A stretch of DNA of 36,639 bases from contig NC_057759.1 in NCBI RefSeq assembly GCF_004010195.1, positions 6,046,598 through 6,083,236 on the forward strand, written 5' to 3'. Positions 34,869 through 36,639 of the stretch are shown piece by piece. The stretch comes from Chiloscyllium plagiosum (lineage: Eukaryota). Position numbers and translations under genes: made by a program. The first letter of the stretch is position 1. Every line of letters begins with the position of its first letter. Below the pieces are notes generated by a model. That model did not search any database. It was not told the origin of the DNA and saw only the letters and a program-made list of their open reading frames with translations.

Positions 34869-35335
34869 TCCCAAGCAGAAAATGAGGTGTCATTCTTCCA
34901 GCTTGCACTGAGCTTTGCTGGAGCAATACAGCAAGCCTGAGACAGAGAACTTGGCCAGGGAATAGGGTGGTGTGTTTAAATGGCAGGCAACTGGAAGCTC
35001 AGGGTCTCTTTGTCTGGACAGAATGTAGGCGTCCTGCACAGTGGACACCCAGGTTGAAACTTTATTGCTGGAACAGCACAGCAGGTCAGGCAGCATCCAG
35101 GGAACAGGAGACTCGACGTTTTGGGCACAGGCCCTTCTTCAGGACTCGACGTTTCGGCCTGTGCCCGAAACGTCGAGTCTCCTGTTCCCTGGATGCTGCC
35201 TGACCTGCTGTGCTGTTCCAGCAATAAAGTTTCAACTTTGATCTCCAGCATCTGCAGACCTCACTTTCTCCACAGTGGACACCCAGTCTACATTCTGTTT
35301 CCCCAACATAGAGGAGACTATATTGTGTGCATTCT
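34828..35335 (-). mobile_element. Penelope-like GIY-YIG endonuclease fragment, interrupted by a family B palindrome
   Basis: Minus strand CTQYSLLYVGETECRLG...RDPELPVACHLN...SVSGLLYC...KLEE*HLIFCLGSRQPSGLNIEFNN. Confidence 0.8.
35053..35270. mobile_element. Young Penelope-derived palindromic insertion (family B), 81-bp arms
   Basis: Perfect 16-bp TSD cacagtggacacccag (35037-35052, 35271-35286); arms 35053-35133 and 35156-35236. Confidence 0.92.
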
Positions 35336-35399
35336 TTGCCACCCTCAGTTCCGAGGACTAGTCACTAGACCTGAAACTGTGAATTTTCCACTAATTTTT

Positions 35400-36015
35400 G
35401 TTTTGTTATCAATCTCTCCCTGTCAGTTTCTTCTCTGTGAATATGAGTGTCATTATCAAAGTATACATGTCAATTAATGTGATTAAAAATTGGGAGCATA
35501 ATCAATCTATTCCTATCAGTTTCTGCTTTATGAATATGAGAGTGTAGTTATCAATCTTTCTCCGAACTTTACTGCCAACTGCATGTGAGTTATTTACCAA
35601 CCTGTCCCTGTCAGATTCTACTCTGTGCATCTGAGAGTGCAATTATTAATCTGAATCTATCAGCTTCTTGTTTATAAATGTGCAAATTCATTGATCATAA
35701 CGTACCTGTCAGGTTTTGCTATGCGAATGTGTTAGACTAGTTATCAACCTGTACCTGTCGTATGTGTATGTGTATGATTATTTTTCTCTCCCTTTTAGTT
35801 GCCGCAATGTGAAAATGTGAGAGCAGATATCAATTGATACCTGTCAGTTTGGGTTTTGTCTATACGAGAATTTAGGATTTGATGTATACATGTCACTTTC
35901 TGCTGTCCATGTATGAATTTAGGAATTGATCTATACATGCCAGTTTCTGCTGTGTGACTGTGAGAGTGAAGTTCTCAATGAGTTCCAGTCACTTTCAACT
36001 CTTATATATCAAAGT
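35400..36015 (+). repeat. Continuation of the ~47-49-bp minisatellite
   Basis: Recurrent ttatcaatct..cctgtcagtttctgct..gtgaat. Confidence 0.85.
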
Positions 36016-36044
36016 TGTTTAATTCTCTGGCAGCCAATAATATT

Positions 36045-36263
36045 CCAAGAGTCTACAGATGTCCATGAATCTATTGTTGATTGCCAGAAAAACTCATCTG
36101 GTTCAGTCATGTCCTTGAATGAAGGAAACTGCCATCCTTCCCTTGTCTGGCCTGCATGTGACTCCAGACCCACATCAATGTGGCTGCATGGGTAGTTAGG
36201 GATGGGCAATAAATGCTGGCCGAGTCAGTGATGCCCCCATCCCATGAATGAATTAGAAAAAAA
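36045..36263 (+). mobile_element. SINE/LINE-derived 3' fragment with A-rich tail
   Basis: catgtgactccagacccac...ttagggatgggcaataaatgctggcc...catcccatgaatgaattagaaaaaaa. Confidence 0.55.
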
Positions 36264-36639
36264 TTCTGTGACTGTGATTCAATCTGTGATAATAGTGTTT
36301 AGGGTGTTGAGATTGGGCCTTAATGTCGTATGCATTTTGTGACTTATGACTCAATCACAGAATTGGTACAGCCATTCAGCCTGTTGTGTCTGCACTGGGA
36401 CAATCTATTCTTATTCTGTTCTCCATACTAGTTTCCACTAATTGTTGGGATTCTAATCTTCTTTCACTCACTGCCAGTGTCTCGGTGTAAATGCCAATTT
36501 GAGATTAGTTCTGCAGTTATCGGCCTTTGAATACCTATTGTGCCAGTTTTGCTCTGTGTGCAACAGTGACAAGTTGAGTATATGGATGCCATTCTCTTTC
36601 TATGTTCAGTTGTGTTTTTTCAGCAGGGTGTAGGATAAA

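Overview
Repeat-rich vertebrate DNA, most likely from a shark (inferred from V-domain/HE1-like SINEs, CR1 LINEs and the H2B N-tail). The only intact protein gene I can support is a replication-dependent histone H2B (minus strand, 12824-13204), with its promoter and 3' stem-loop. Downstream on the same strand lies an H2A pseudogene lacking its first ~27 codons. It has a 9-bp fold-back at the breakpoint, a tandemly duplicated stem-loop/HDE module and an orphan copy of its promoter. The rest is decayed CR1 LINEs, a Gmr1-like Gypsy remnant, SINEs, two DNA-transposon MITEs, a ~48-bp minisatellite, an old triplicated segment and two Penelope-like GIY-YIG fragments. The most striking signal is about a dozen short, often palindromic Penelope-derived insertions flanked by 8-17-bp direct repeats. 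Many carry minimal hammerhead-ribozyme cores (CTGANGA-stem II-GAAA-NNTH), in at least three families and sometimes on both strands. A clean templated inverted insertion sits at 34594-34868. Boundaries of decayed repeats are approximate, and family names come from motif recognition, not database searches.
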